Shown piece after piece: positions 52,015 to 63,860 of a DNA stretch of 64,000 bases; position 1 is the stretch's first letter, and every line of letters begins with the position of its first letter. Origin of the DNA: Octopus sinensis (taxonomy: Eukaryota); NCBI RefSeq assembly GCF_006345805.1, contig NC_043011.1, forward strand, positions 1 through 64,000. Direction: 5' to 3'. Position numbers and translations under genes: made by a program. The notes under the pieces were generated by a model. That model ran no database searches. It was not told the origin of the DNA and saw only the letters and a program-made list of their open reading frames with translations.

Positions 52015-52315
52015 GTAGTGGTGCGGTAAGTAGCTTGCTTACCGCCCACATGGTTGTGGGTTCAGTCCCACTGCGTGGTACCTTGGGCGAGTGCCTTCTT
52101 CTATAGCCTCCGCCGACCAAATACTTGTGAGTAGATTTAGTAGATGGAAACTGAAAGAAGCCTGCCATATATACATATACATATATAGTCTTTATATTCT
52201 GTGTTCAAATTCCGCCGAGGTCGACTTTGCTTTTCGTCCTTTCGAGGTCGATAAATTAGGTACCAGTGAAACACTGGGGCCGATGTGATCGACTAGTCTT
52301 GTGCCTAGAGTAGAA
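52015..52315 (+). mobile_element. SINE B head (52015-52170) and SINE A fragment (52198-52315)
   Basis: ggtaagtagcttgcttacc...ggttcagtccc; gttcaaattccgccgaggtcgac. Confidence 0.75.
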
Positions 52316-52318
52316 ATA

Positions 52319-52349
<31 letters not shown>

Positions 52350-52769
52350 TGTATGTATGTATGTATGTATGTATGTATGTATATGTGCGTGTGTGCACCC
52401 GCGCCAAAATATACAAAAAGAATAGAATTTTCTAAAAATTTTATTATGGACAAAAGAAACTAGGTTTTTATGAAGATATTTCTATAGAATTTCTTAGTAA
52501 AGTTGTCGAAGCAGTTGCTTCTCTTCTCTCTTAGTGTTTTCAATTTCGATTCAGATCGTAAAAACGAACGAAATGCAGCTAACCACTTTGTCCGGCGAGA
52601 AGACGACGCTTCTGCGAGCTGGGTCACTTTAGTTATAATCTGTTTTTTTTTTAAATTTTATTACAGGCACGAAGTCTGAATACAGTTCTATATTTAAGAG
52701 ATGAGGAATTATGTACATTACTCATATTACTTACATTTGACGGATATTTATCTCGTCTTCTTTGTTGTT

Positions 52770-52815
52770 AACACTACGTTTCGGCTGATATACCCTCCGA
52801 CCTTCATCAGGTGTC
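52770..52815 (-). ncRNA. Type I hammerhead motif in a Penelope-type tail (~52665-52830)
   Basis: Reverse complement GACAC CUGAUGA A GGUC GGAGGGUAUAUC AGCC GAAAC GUA GUGUU: canonical core, 5-bp helix I (one G.U), helix II GGU/GCC, ACGU palindrome, GUA site. Confidence 0.7.
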
Positions 52816-53331
52816 TTGGGGGAAATTTCTGAATCTTTGGGCGGTGAGGGAGGAATTAAATAAATTACGACCCCGATGCTTGACTGCATCCACTCCAAAA
52901 TGATAAAAGGCAAAATCGGCCTTGGTGAGATTTGAACTCGGAACTATTTTATCCGGTGTGCTAACGATTCCACCAGCTTACAGTAGTGGCAGTAAGAGTG
53001 ACAATGCTTAGAACAACGAAAAGTCAGGCACTAGTATATCAATAACTTTAGTTGTAGACTAAACATGAAATTCTCTGATGATCAAACCATTACCGAACAT
53101 AGATATGAATAACACGATCTCTTTAATATATTAAAAATGATTGAGAGTTTGATACGAAACTCTACACTTGAAAGAAAGGCCATTTAATCCTTCCTACTTA
53201 TGTCCAAGGTGAATCTTTCCAGCGAAACAGCGAGAAATTACTTGAGCAAGGCTCCGTTAAATGGTGTATGAAGAACATTATGAAACTTTAAACAATATGA
53301 TGATATACGTACGAACATTAAAGCATCAAAA

Positions 53332-53545
53332 AAGGCGGTGAGCTGGCAGAATCGTAAGGATGCTGGACGAAATACTTAGCGGTACTTCGTCTGCCGCTAC
53401 GTTCTGAGTTCAAATTCTGCCGTGGTCGACTTTGCATTTCATCCTTTAGGGGTCAATAAAATAAGTACCAGTTGCGTACTGAGGTCGATCTAATCGACTA
53501 GTCCTTCCTCCCAAATTCCAGGCCTTGTGTCTATAGTAGAAAGGA
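53332..53545 (+). mobile_element. SINE family A, full length
   Basis: aaggcggtgagctggcagaatcg...gagttcaaattctgcc...tagtagaaaggattatt, running into (ATT)n. Confidence 0.88.
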
Positions 53546-53848
53546 TTATTATTATTATAATTATTATAATAATAATAATAATAATAATAATTATTATTAT
53601 TATTATTATAATTATTATAATTATAATTATTATTATTATTATTATAATTATTATAATTATTATTATTATTATTATTATTATAATTATTATAATAATTATT
53701 ATTATTATTACTATTATTATAATTATTGTAATTATTATTATTATTATATTATTATATTATTATAATTATTATTATTATTATTATTATAATTATTATAATA
53801 ATAATAATATAATAATAATAATAATAATAATAAATAATAATAATAATA

Positions 53849-53895
<47 letters not shown>
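53545..53895. repeat. (ATT)n/(AAT)n microsatellite
   Basis: Seen directly. Confidence 0.95.
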
Positions 53896-53896
<1 letters not shown>

Positions 53897-54964
53897 GATC
53901 GACCCCAGTACGCAACTCAACCGCCTTTTTCTGGTTTCAAATATTATCGAGGTTAAATATTATCAAGGTTACCCTTTCGTGATTGATAAAATAATGTAGC
54001 AATCAATGATATCGTTTAATCTCTTCCCTTCAAATTGCAGACCTCGAGTCAAGTTTGAAACGATAATTAACACTTTATTACCATTTCAGCAGTGATTCGA
54101 AAGCGAATACCTGGATAGGCAGCCAGGTATCACAAGCAAAGCACCATTGTCTCACATGATCGGTCTATTAACTGACCAGTCAGCGTGAAAGGATGCCGTG
54201 GACTGGTCTTTTGGAACATTAAAAAATTTGACTTCCGGCCCCCTTTAGAAACCGTTCGGCGCACGTTTTTACCAGCCACGCGACACGCGAAGACAGCTTA
54301 GAGAGATGACACACATGGATGACAGGTATCTCAGTCACCTCGAATATAGCACAATTGTTCCCAGCTTAGTTGAGCAACCCGCATGTTGTCGTATCCATAA
54401 TCTGCCGTAATCTCCGAGCAGTATCTCTCCCTCAGAATATAATTATAACGGACAGACTGAACAACTATTGAAAAGGTTGCAAGGCGCAACAAAAATGTTA
54501 GTAAAAAATAATTAAATGAGTGAAAATCAGACCGGTGAGTGTGTTAAATTAACAAGACATTAAAAGAGAATGACACTCCCTGGATACAATAAAGTAGTTA
54601 TAAATGTTATCTGTGAAAGGCCAACGCATTTTATCCTTATGTGCGATAAAAATCCTGTTAAATATTCGTGGGTGTTGTTTAGTTACTTCTTCTCGCAGCC
54701 CAAGAAACATATTTTCATTCATTAACTCAACCAGCTCCGACAGCAGCCGAAAAAACCCTTCAACACCAACGCGACACGATCACCGGAGAAAGCTTAGTCA
54801 ACGCAGGGCCTGAGCGGGGCCAAAATACTGAAATGTAAATATTGTCATCGCGTGCCAAAAAAAAAATAATAAAGGCCTAAAAGCCACAGAGATTCTCATC
54901 GTTTTCGCTTAACAGAAGATCACAGGTTCCACCTATGACCATCCAATCTTTTAGCTATCAGACA

Positions 54965-55305
54965 GCTGGCACTTTGTCGGCTCCACTTGATCCGATCAAC
55001 GTAACCACCTGATCGTGAAATTAACGACCATGTGACCGAACAAACCGCAAACATGTGTCCCCTAAATGTAGCTCCCAGGAAGATTCAGTGTGACACAGAA
55101 TGGGACAAGGCCGGCCCTTTGAATTACAGGTACTACTCGTTTTTGCCAGCTGAGTGGACTGGAGCTACGTGAAGTAAAGTGTCTTGCTCAAGGACAGGCT
55201 TCCATACAGTTTCCCTTTACCAAATTCCCCTCACAAAGCATTGTTTGGTTCGGGGCTCTTTTTGAAGCACTTGCTTAAGGTGTCGCGCACGGTGTTGCAA
55301 AGCGA
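54965..55305 (-). mobile_element. SINE D-type tail and SINE B fragment
   Basis: ttgatccgatcaacg, gtgacacaga..gacaaggccggccctttgaa, ttttgccagctgagtggactggagc; then taccaaatt.cctcacaa. Confidence 0.65.
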
Positions 55306-55309
55306 GCTT

Positions 55310-55981
55310 CATACACACACACATACATGCACTTACATGCATACACACATTCATACATACATACACACATACATACATACATACACACATACATACATAC
55401 AATACATACATACATACATACATACATACCATACATACATACATACATACATACATACATACATACATACATACATACACACATACATACACACACACAT
55501 ACATACAAACACACATAGATACATACAATACATACATACATACATACATACATACAATACATACATACATACATACACACATACATACATACATACATAC
55601 ATACATACATACAATACATACATACATACATACATGCAAACATACATGAATGCATGCATACATACACACATACATGCATACATACATACACACATACATA
55701 CGTACACACATATGTACATGCATACATAACTACATATGTATATATGTACATACATACATATATACATACATATATACATGCACATATACATACATATGTA
55801 CATACATACATACATACATACAAATAAAAATACCCTGTTGTTGATGTTGACATTCCAATGAAGGAGCCTTGGATCTAGGTTAGAAACCAGCTCTTTCCCT
55901 ATTGGTAAGAAATCTTAAAATAAAACCGAATGACACACACATTCATACATACATACATACATACATACATACATACATACA

Positions 55982-56012
<31 letters not shown>

Positions 56013-56250
56013 GTACATATATACATGCATGTATACTTACATAATACATACATACATATGTACTTACATACATACATACATACATACATATAAAATACAT
56101 ACATAATACATACATGCATACATACATACATACATACACACATACAAACATGCACTTACATGCATTCATACATACATACAGACAAACAGACAGAAAGACA
56201 GGCATACAAACAAACACACGCACATACACACACACACACACGCGTATATA
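55310..56250. repeat. (TACA)n microsatellite field
   Basis: Seen directly. Confidence 0.95.
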
Positions 56251-56709
56251 TAAACGTATACATGGACGCGTGTTCTCTTCCTGATCGTATCATTTACTGT
56301 TTATTCAAACATGGCGCCTTCTCCATGGTAAAGGTTACAAATGAGATAACATAAAATAAAGTGAAATAAAACGAAATAAAAATAGCGGAGGCGATTATAT
56401 TGTTCCTCACAATCCTTCTACCACACTCATTCGTTTCTTTACATTTTAAGAACGTCTCACAGATTTTTATGGTCATATTTATAGCGTTTTTATCTTTAAA
56501 TTCTGAATTAGTTAAGTTGTCTTTTCTCTTCCGCCATAACACAGGCTGGCTTATATTTTCAACCCGATACGATCGTTGGTATCTACAGGCATAAGGAAAA
56601 GAAGGTATACACTTACTTCATATGAGTGGGATGTATTTTCCATTTCTCTATTTCTTTTCTTAAACCTAAGTCAAGAACCTGCGGGAGATCCCTAATTCAG
56701 TGGAAATCC

Positions 56710-56740
<31 letters not shown>

Positions 56741-56884
56741 AGCAATAAAGATTCAAGTTAATTTTAAAAAATTTACTTGAATATGGTACCTAACTTAGAT
56801 GCACCAAAAAAAACTATACTGATTTAACAATACAGTAATGTGGGGTGATTATAAGCGAGAAAGAAGCAACAAGAATGGATAGGT

Positions 56885-56975
56885 TTTTAGTACGATCGTT
56901 TCATACAAGGACAGGTTTTATTAAAAGTTGCAAAGATTACAGCATATAAACGAGTCCCGTACTCATCAGCTAAAA
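56885..56975 (-). ncRNA. Type I hammerhead ribozyme, copy A
   Basis: Reverse complement of copy B: UUUUAG CUGAUGA GUAC...GUAU GAAAC GAUC GUA CUAAAA. Confidence 0.8.
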
Positions 56976-57599
56976 ACATGTAAGTTCTCTAGACATCCTA
57001 GTGTTTGAGGCTATACTCATGAAGTAATGTAGATAATTAAACAGATTTCTAAAGTTCATTAAAGTTCTTTAAAGATGATGTACAGTCTTATCACAGAATT
57101 TTAAAAAAGTTTTGATAGCATCACAGAGAAGGTGACCTAATCCATATGAATTTCCATAGATATGAAGAGGGATTATATACTCACAGAAGACAAATTTATC
57201 CATTGTTAATTACAACGAGGTGGGTCTCAATTCTGCTTATTAGCATTACAGAGAGGGTGAATTAATCCTTTGTATATATGCACAGATTCTGTGCATATAT
57301 ACAAAGGATTAATTCACCCTCTCTGTAATGCTAATAAGCAGGAATTGAGACCCACCTCGTTGTAATTACAATGGATAAATTTGTCTTCTGTGAGTATATA
57401 ATCCCTCTTCATATCTATGGAAATTCATATGGATTAGGTCACCTTCTCTGTGATGCTATCAAAACTTTTTTAAAATTCTGTGATAAGACTGTACATCATC
57501 TTTAAAGAACTTTAATGAACTTTAGAAATCTGTTTAATTATCTACATTACTTCATGAGTATAGCCTCAAACACTAGGATGTCTAGAGAACTTACATGTA

Positions 57600-57690
57600 T
57601 TTTAGCTGATGAGTACGGGACTCGTTTATATGCTGTAATCTTTGCAACTTTTAATAAAACCTGTCCTTGTATGAAACGATCGTACTAAAA
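57600..57690 (+). ncRNA. Type I hammerhead ribozyme, copy B
   Basis: Helix I UUUUAG/CUAAAA, CUGAUGA at 57606-12, long helix II (GUAC/GUAU, GGAC/GUCC plus AU-rich stem), GAAA at 57673-76, palindromic ACGAUCGU helix III, predicted cut after A57684. Confidence 0.8.
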
Positions 57691-57776
57691 ACCTATCCAT
57701 TCTTGTTGCTTCTTTCTCGTATATATATATATATATATATATATATACGAGAAAGAAGCAACAAGAATGGATAGGT

Positions 57777-57867
57777 TTTTAGTACAATCGTTTCATACAA
57801 GGACAGGCTTTATTAAATGTTGCAAAAATTACAGCATATAAACGTGTCCCGTACTCATCAGCTAAAA
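57777..57867 (-). ncRNA. Type I hammerhead ribozyme, copy C
   Basis: Reverse complement of copy D; helix III region ACGAUUGU. Confidence 0.78.
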
Positions 57868-58173
57868 TACATGTGAGTTCTCTAGACATCCTAGTGGTTG
57901 AGGCTATACTCATGAAGTAATGTAGATAATTAAGTAACATAAACAGATTTCCAAAGTTCATTAAAGTTCTTTAAAGATGATTTACAGTCTTATCACAGAA
58001 TTTTAAAAAAGTTTTAATAGCATCACAGAGAAGGTGACCTAATCCATAGTGCACATATGAATTTCCAGAGATATAAGGAGGGATTACATACTCACAGACG
58101 ACAAATTTATCCATTGTTAATCACAACGAGGTGGGTCTCAATTCCTGCTTATTAGCATTACAGAGAGGGTGAA

Positions 58174-58264
58174 TTTTAGCTGATGAGTACGGGACACGTT
58201 TATATGCTGTAATTTTTGCAACATTTAATAAAGCCTGTCCTTGTATGAAACGATTGTACTAAAA
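58174..58264 (+). ncRNA. Type I hammerhead ribozyme, copy D
   Basis: UUUUAG CUGAUGA GUACGGGACA...UGUCCUUGUAU GAAAC GAUU GUA CUAAAA; predicted cut after A58258. Confidence 0.78.
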
Positions 58265-58410
58265 ACCTATCCATTCTTGTTGCTTCTTTCTCGCTTATAA
58301 TCACCCCACATTACTGTATTGTTAAAACAGTATAGTTTTTTTTGGTGCATCTAAGTTAGGTACCATATTCAAGTAAATTCATTTAAATTAACTTGAATCT
58401 TTATTGCTTT

Positions 58411-58456
<46 letters not shown>

Positions 58457-58911
58457 ATATATATAGGTATAAAAATTATATATAAAGAAACAAGAACGTG
58501 AAATACACAAAGGGACGAACACAGAAAACAGACGGGTCATTCGAAGCCTTTAATCTTCAGTCAGAAACCGGATCATCATAGCAAATTTCGGCTGATTAAT
58601 TCTGATATTTGCTCCTACGCGGCCAGCCCCAATGAAAAACTAAGCTGTGAGCATTAGATTTCTTGGAAAAAGGAACGAATGCATACGAAACAAGGACAGA
58701 AAAACGGACGAAGCCACACGAATATAAATACAAAAAACGAAAACAAAAATAAAAATAAAAACAAGAATGGTAATAACAGGATAACAGCAGGTGTCTTACG
58801 ACTTTAGACAAATTGAGACAAATTTAACTTATCTAGCAGGCGTGTTTGGAAAAATTACCGTTTCGGCAGACGGGAACGATGTTGAACGGGCTGCGGTCAT
58901 ATATATATATA

Positions 58912-59243
58912 AAGGGTAAAGACCCCCTTCGGTCATGAATGACCATGGGATTGCACCTAGAAAGTTACCTTCCTAGACACAAGTCCGGGCAAGGTTGTTT
59001 ATGGAAGGCCAGCAGTCGCCCATGCATACCTGCCTCCCCTCTCCACGCCACCAGTGTTATCCAAGGGAAAGACAAAGGTCGATACAGCTTGGCACCAGTG
59101 ACGTCGCAACTCATTTCTACAGCTGAGTGAACTGGAGCAACGTGAAATAAAGTGCCTTGCTCAAGAACACAACACGCAGCCCGGTCCGGGATTCGAGCTC
59201 ACAACCTCACGATCGTAAGCTCGACGCTCTAACCACTGAGCCA

Positions 59244-59245
<2 letters not shown>
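58912..59245 (-). mobile_element. tRNA-derived SINE, family E
   Basis: Reverse-complement head catggctcagtggttagagcgtcgagc...gagctcgaatcccc, then gtgttcttgagcaaggcactttatttcac. Second copy at 59885-60205 (+). Confidence 0.82.
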
Positions 59246-59287
<42 letters not shown>

Positions 59288-59348
59288 TCATGATAGTTCG
59301 CTAGTCACTAAACCATTTTTTTTTTCTTTCACTGTTTATTTCTGTGCT

Positions 59349-59394
59349 CCTTTCTGTTGAAGAGCGTAGGCTCGAAATGTAAAACGTAAAAGAC
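59349..59394 (+). ncRNA. Variant hammerhead-like motif (CUGUUGA core), mutated
   Basis: CCUUU CUGUUGA A GAGC GUAG GCUC GAAAU GUA AAAC GUAAAAGAC: same family as 7751, with a small duplication at the cleavage region. Confidence 0.5.
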
Positions 59395-59487
59395 TTCCTC
59401 ACTTCCGAGCTTTAAACTAATACATCTGTCTGTTGTTTACACACCTGTCTTTGTCTTTTGTTTTTTTCGTTTTTTCGTAAATTCTCA

Positions 59488-59549
<62 letters not shown>

Positions 59550-59884
59550 CTGGGGTCTGAGTGAATGCTTGAGCCACAATAAGTACCAGTTGAATACTGG
59601 GGTCTATGTATTGCAGTTGGTCTTTGATATTCTTCAGTACATTTCCGTCTAACCATTTCTGCATTTTCCGTTTTCTACTTCTTCTTGATGATCCACTTTC
59701 GTTCATCGTTGGTCACATTTCCAGCCATATAATAAATACCTAAAATTAGGAATAATTATTCGAATTTAGAAAGAATTAATTAAAAAGAACACAGAATCTC
59801 ACAGAATTCTTATCCTAAAAAAGAGAAATAAAAGAAATGAAAAGAACATTCTATTCACATTAAACAACGGTATGTCTATCTTTT

Positions 59885-60205
59885 CTCGGCTCAGCGATAA
59901 AAGTTTCGGGCCTACAATTGGGAGGTTTTGAGTTCGATTCGCCGGCCAAGCTGTGTATTGTGTTCTTGAGGAAGCCACCTTATTTCACATTGCTCCAGTT
60001 CACTCAGCTGTGAATATGTGTTGTGACGTCACTGGTGCCAAGCTGTATCGGCCCCTTTGCCTTTCCCTTGGATAACATCGATGGCGTGGAAGGGGATGGG
60101 TGGTATGAATGGGCATCTGCTGGTCTTCCACAAACAGCCTTACCCAGACTCGTGCCTTGGAAGGGAACGTTCTAGGTGTAATATCACCATCATTCGTGAC
60201 TGAAG
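59885..60205 (+). mobile_element. SINE family E
   Basis: gagttcgattcgccgg, gtgttcttgagg..cacttatttcacattgctccagttcactcagctgt, gacgtcactggtgccaagctgtatcg. Confidence 0.75.
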
Positions 60206-60364
60206 GGGTCTTTTACTTTTACCTATGTATAGACGAAAGCTTTTTAAGGGCTGGATACCTAAATTTATCACCAAGGGCTTTATTAATGTCTATGGAATAT
60301 TGTAAATGTGTTTGAGGTCGCAGGAGAGGATTTCCAAACATTGTACGCTTATTAGACCCAAGGC

Positions 60365-60740
60365 GACGAACTGGTAAAGTCGTTAGCAGACAGGACAAGA
60401 TGCTTAGCGGCATTTCGTTCGTCTTTACGTTCCGAGTGCAACTTCCGCCTAAGTCGAATTTCTCTTTCATTAACATATGGTGTCCATAAAACAGGTACAA
60501 GTTGAACACTGGGTTCGATGGAATCGACTCATCCTCACCGCCCCGAAGCTGCCCTTGTAGCAAAAATTTGAAATAATTATTATCGTTGTTATTAGGTTGA
60601 GCTCAAATGACGAGGTGGTCGATTTTGCCTTTCATCATTTCGCAGTCGATAAATTAAGTACCAGTTGAATATTGGGGTCGATGTAATTGACTTAGCCCCA
60701 CCCTCGAAATTGCTGGCCTTGTGTCAAGATCTGAAAGCAG
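60365..60740. mobile_element. Two SINE family A fragments in opposite orientation
   Basis: Minus copy ~60365-60560 and plus copy ~60605-60735 share aagtaccagttgaa.actggg.tcgat. Confidence 0.65.
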
Positions 60741-61189
60741 TCTGTGGTCTCAAACTGAAATGATTCTGTATTTTAAATTGGTTGCTCATAATGAAATATT
60801 TAGGGTTCTGTCATTATTCTCTTTACACATCCATCTCAACAATAAGTACCAGTTGTATACTCGGGTGTTTGTAACAATCCCCCCCCCAAATCGCGTGTGC
60901 ATATAAACAAACAAATAAAGAAATATGTAAAAAAAAAACCAACGAAAGTAAAACTGTAGTATTGCGGTTAGTTAGCTAATTGTTAGTAAATTAATTAGTA
61001 AAGTTAATTAGTTGGTTAAATTAATTACTTGACTAATTATTAACTTGATAAATTAGCTAATATATATATATTTTTTGTAGTAAAAACCGTTTTCTTAAGA
61101 TGGAAGTTTTTAGTTGTGAGGCACGTTCACTGCTTCTTCTGTAACGAAGATAATGTCGCCGCTACGTCACTACCCCCTCCACAACCATG

Positions 61190-61686
61190 GAGCCATCACC
61201 GCCGCCACCACCACCACCACTACCAACAACAACAACAACAAAAACAACAACAACAACAACAACTACTACTACTACTACTACAACAATAACTACGTTACCA
61301 CTCACCTCCACAGCAATTCCACCTTTGCCAACATCACCTCGCTCTCATGAAGACCCCCTCCCCCACAATCCCACCAATAACAACAAGAACATCGATTTAA
61401 CGAGGAAAAAGCGAAGAGTGTTCCGACTTTGTAGAAATCGCAGCTAAATACATTCGAATGACAGCAATAATAACTACAATTACATTTTATAAAACAGCAT
61501 TATTAGAGTCATTATCATCATTGCCATCATGGTCGTCGTCGTTGTCGTTGTCGTCATCATCATCATCCTCATCATCGTTACCATCATCATCACCATCATC
61601 ACCATAATCATCATCATCATCACCACCACCACCACCACCACCACCATCATCATCATCACCATCATCATCAGCATCATCATCTTCAT

Positions 61687-61729
<43 letters not shown>

Positions 61730-61748
61730 TCATCACCATCACCATCAC

Positions 61749-61796
<48 letters not shown>

Positions 61797-61930
61797 TTAT
61801 AGCACTAGAAGCAGCGGTTTTTTTAATTACCCATCTCCGTTGCCACCACCAACACCACTTTCTCTGTAGTAACTACTCCTACAACCACCACTACCGTTAC
61901 AACTACTACTGTTGTTGTTGTTGTTGTTGC
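61190..61930. repeat. (AAC)/(CAT)/(CAC)/(TGT) trinucleotide arrays
   Basis: Seen directly. Confidence 0.9.
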
Positions 61931-62048
61931 TGTTTGTTTATTATTTAGTACCAAATCACCTCCGTCACATCATTCTATGATCAAAGATTTTCCATCCATG
62001 ATCATTCCGTCTTGTTTCTGCGCATAGAAATTATAAAGCCATATTCTA

Positions 62049-62613
62049 TTGGGTTGTCCGGAAAGTTTGTGCCGATTTATAGCAGTTTACCTTTCGACCT
62101 ATTTTAGAACATGGTTGAGTGCATAAAATAGGATTTGACAACATATCCATTTAGAGCACAGTTTAAGCTATCTTTTCGTGGAAGAAGTTTTATGTTCCTA
62201 TAACCTGTGTTAATTCTGTAACCCTTTAAAATGGAAGAGTAGAAAGTTCATTTACGGCACTTGATGCTTTGGGAATCAGGCAAAAATTGCTGCAGCTTGG
62301 CTGGGATGTGTTACCCCACCCTCCATATTCACCAGACATTGCTCCTTCGGATTTCCACTTATTCAGGTCTCTGCAGAATAGTCTCAATGGTGAAATTTCA
62401 ATTTCTTGGATGAGGTAAAATGATACCTTGATGAATTATTTGCCATGAAACCACTTCAATTCTGGGAAGTGGGTATTTTCAAGTTAAAGTAAAGATGGAG
62501 ACGCATTGTGCAACAGAATGGTTCATATTTGGCTGATTAAAAATGCAATGGCATGTATTTATTGACCTTTTTCTTTCCTTTAAATATCGGCACGAACTTT
62601 CCGGACAACCCAG
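62049..62613 (+). mobile_element. Internally deleted mariner (565 bp) with both TIRs
   Basis: TA-ttgggttgtccggaaagtttgtgccgat ... atcggcacgaactttccggacaacccag-TA. MEE*KVHLRHLMLWE joins directly to LQLGWDVLPHPPYSPDIAPSDFHLFRSLQNSL. Confidence 0.92.
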
Positions 62614-63164
62614 TACAATGCACCCATAAACAAGCGATCCGAAAGAGATTTGGCTGCTACTTCTAGCTGGCCGGTTACTACACATAACCTTCTTCCTGTC
62701 CTTATCGTTATTGTTGTTATATAGCCCAAGGCTTAGCTTTTTTGAGCAGCTTATGATCATCCTATAGTGTAGACAACATGGCTGCTGTTTTTTTTTTTAA
62801 TATGGCTGCCACAGCTATCAACGATTTAAGCTAATTTCTACAATCACCCCATTAACATTTTAGCCTTATCCAAGAACAAACCCGCTCACCACCACAACCC
62901 TCACACCACCGACACTTGCCTACTCTCCTCTCCCTTCACCTCCATGCCTACCCCTACTCTATCCACTTAATCCCCCCACCCCTAGTCATGACCGCCGCCG
63001 ATAGAGGGCGATAAAAACAGCGGGCACACAATAAACTGTCTACGGTCATAAAAGAGAACATTACACAGTGATATTAAGAGGAATCATTACCGACCAGTTA
63101 CTGTTCTTCATCAGTCTGTCTGCCTGCGTGTCTGCTTGCCTGTCTGTCTGTCAGTTTGTTTGTT

Positions 63165-63195
<31 letters not shown>

Positions 63196-63503
63196 TCGGT
63201 GGGCTGCTGTCTGTATATTTGTCTCTGGAGTTCTCTCTCTCACCACAGTTCCACAGCTTCTCCTACATTGTCTCAAGCTCTCCGGATTCATCGGCATATT
63301 TGGGAGTGTGTGTGTGTGTATGTGTGTATGAGTGTGTGCGTGTTTTGTGCGTAAGTATGTGTGAGTACTTCTCTGTCTGCACACACACACACGTATACAC
63401 GTATATGCCCATATATATATATATATATATATATGTAGGTCCCGGGTTGATTCGGGGTTAACCACAGTAAATAAGGTACTCAATACATAGCAGAGTAAAA
63501 TTA

Positions 63504-63645
63504 ATTTATTATATAGAAGGAGCTTCTACAGGACTAGAACTGTTTCATTCAAGAGAAATCTTCAGGAAGCTTCAGGATGCTTCCTGAAGATTTCTCTTGA
63601 ATGAAACAGTTCTAGTCCTGTAGAAGCTCCTTCTATATAATAAAT
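63504..63645. repeat. Perfect inverted repeat, 67-bp arms with an 8-nt spacer
   Basis: 63504-63570 is the exact reverse complement of 63579-63645; spacer ttcaggat; (TA)n follows. Confidence 0.95.
63579..63627 (+). ncRNA. Type I hammerhead ribozyme (mirror copy on the minus strand at 63522-63570)
   Basis: GCUUC CUGAAGA U UUC UCUU GAA U GAA ACAG UUCUAGUC CUGU A GAAGC: 5-bp helix I, 3-bp helix II closed by U.U, 4-bp helix III with CUAG in the loop, predicted cut after A63622. Confidence 0.75.
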
Positions 63646-63646
63646 A

Positions 63647-63687
<41 letters not shown>

Positions 63688-63827
63688 CTATATATAATGT
63701 ATGTATGTATATGTACAACTCTCTCTCTCTCTCTCTATCTCTGTATCTATCTATCTGTCTGTCTATCTACATATATCTATCTATCTATCTATCTATCTAT
63801 CTGTCTGTCTGTCTGTCTATCTATCTC

Positions 63828-63860
<33 letters not shown>

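Larger units (their letters stand above)
56741..58408. mobile_element. Non-coding four-arm fold-back cassette with four hammerheads, embedded in (TA)n (Penelope pLTR / retrozyme-like)
   Basis: Arm1 56741-57286 forward, arm2 57288-57719 inverted, (TA)n, arm3 57748-58175 forward, arm4 58174-58408 inverted. TA tracts at 56710-56736 and ~58415-58465. Confidence 0.85.

Noticed and set aside
54020-54070. Splice-acceptor-like ttgcag followed by a short frame
   Set aside because: The sequence resembles a SINE tail (aaattgc.ggcct.g.gtcaa.tttgaaac), not an exon.
58525-58575. Minus-strand CUGAAGA...GAAU...GUC motif
   Set aside because: No helix II, and GAAU instead of GAAA; not supportable as a ribozyme.
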